NCBI GenBank assembly: GCA_963833095.1
Contig: CAWHWQ010000005.1
Span: 256,001 to 320,000, forward strand
From: Vulcanimicrobiota bacterium
Lineage (GTDB): Bacteria; Vulcanimicrobiota; Vulcanimicrobiia; Vulcanimicrobiales; Vulcanimicrobiaceae
Direction: 5' to 3'
Length of the DNA stretch: 64,000 nucleotides
Each line of letters begins with the position of its first letter. The first letter of the stretch is position 1. This document shows positions 63,286-64,000 of the stretch, piece after piece. Position numbers and translations under genes: made by a program. The notes beneath the pieces are model-generated. The model saw only the letters and a program-made list of their open reading frames with translations, made no database searches and had not been told where the DNA came from.

Positions 63286-64000
63286 ATCGAGTACTCCCAT
63301 GAATTCCAGAACGGCGAGATCACCGGCGAGGGGTCGAACCCTTGCAAGTCGGTGTTGTAAATGTACGGCATCTTGCGAAAACCGATTACGATGGTCGGCA
63401 CATCGAGCGCAAGTTGCTGTTGAAAGATCACATAGTCAGCTTTGCGACGCGACTGATCGATAGTGCTTAGCGCGTCGCCCAGCGCCTTGGTCGCTGCGCG
63501 GTTCACCCAGAAGAGTGAGTTCTGTCCGCGCGGGGCGAGATTATCAGCCGAATAGAGTGGATTCAAATCGGGGTCGGCAGCATTGGACCAGGCATAGATG
63601 GCGACGTCGTAGTGACCGCCGAGAAGTACCGAATCGGGGCCGTTGGCAAAGAACTGCGCGGCGGGGTAGTTCTTGACGTCGGCCTGAACGCCAACGTCGT
63701 GCCATTCTCGCTGTACGACCGCTTGAATCGCCTTATCCAGGGTTCCCTCCGTCGCCGAGCTCGAGATTGAATTCTAAACGGCGACCCGCTTTCAACCGCA
63801 CGCCGTCGGCCCCGACACGCCAACCGTCCGCGTCGAGCATGGCGCGCGCCTTGGCCGGATCGAACGGATAATGCGTCGTGTTCGCGGTGTAGCCCCATGA
63901 AAGCGCCGGATGCTCAGGACTGTCCGAGGGGGTATCCTCGCCGTGCATGATCTTGGCGATGATCTCCGGACGGTTGGTCGCGTAGATCAGCGCACGGCGC
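63282..64000 (-). CDS. Second peptide ABC substrate-binding protein (3' part only; frameshift near 63760)
   Basis: YPFDPAKARAMLDADGW...DGVRLK and C-terminal SPFWNSWEYSI. Stop overlaps the next ATG. Confidence 0.87.

Overview
A GC-rich bacterial chromosomal window made up mostly of housekeeping and metabolic genes. No prophage, CRISPR array or transposase was recognised. Gene style and synteny (miaB-mutS...mutL-miaA-hfq-dapF, Firmicutes-like Hfq, yet outer-membrane beta-barrels) suggest a diderm Terrabacteria lineage such as Ca. Eremiobacterota; this is an inference and was not verified. In order: a partial alpha/beta hydrolase, a small secreted protein, tmRNA, surE, a 4-TM holin-like gene, uvrC, dedA, a ClpN protein and tRNA-Pro; a ~12.5 kb K+/cation-homeostasis block (two trkA, response regulator + kinase, a soluble tandem-KdpD protein, kdpFABC with an extra micropeptide and porin, a CPA1 antiporter); radical SAM-dapF-hfq-miaA-mutL; a Cyc2-like cytochrome-porin and a divergent tri-heme cytochrome c lying between mutL and mutS; miaB, der, plsY, efp, a CHASE2 adenylate cyclase, two PilZ paralogues, fumC, two M55 peptidases and ArsR-P450; a phenylacetate (paa) operon with a TetR regulator; an orphan E1-alpha; ndh, an M50 protease, a GT87 glycosyltransferase and peptide ABC binding proteins. 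Many conserved genes carry indels that look like long-read or polishing errors. The main leads are the Cyc2-like porin/tri-heme cytochrome module (candidate extracellular electron transfer), the split and duplicated KdpD system, a one-piece tmRNA with the alphaproteobacterial GGCAGUA T-loop, and two long structured intergenic elements (upstream of hfq and downstream of E1-alpha).
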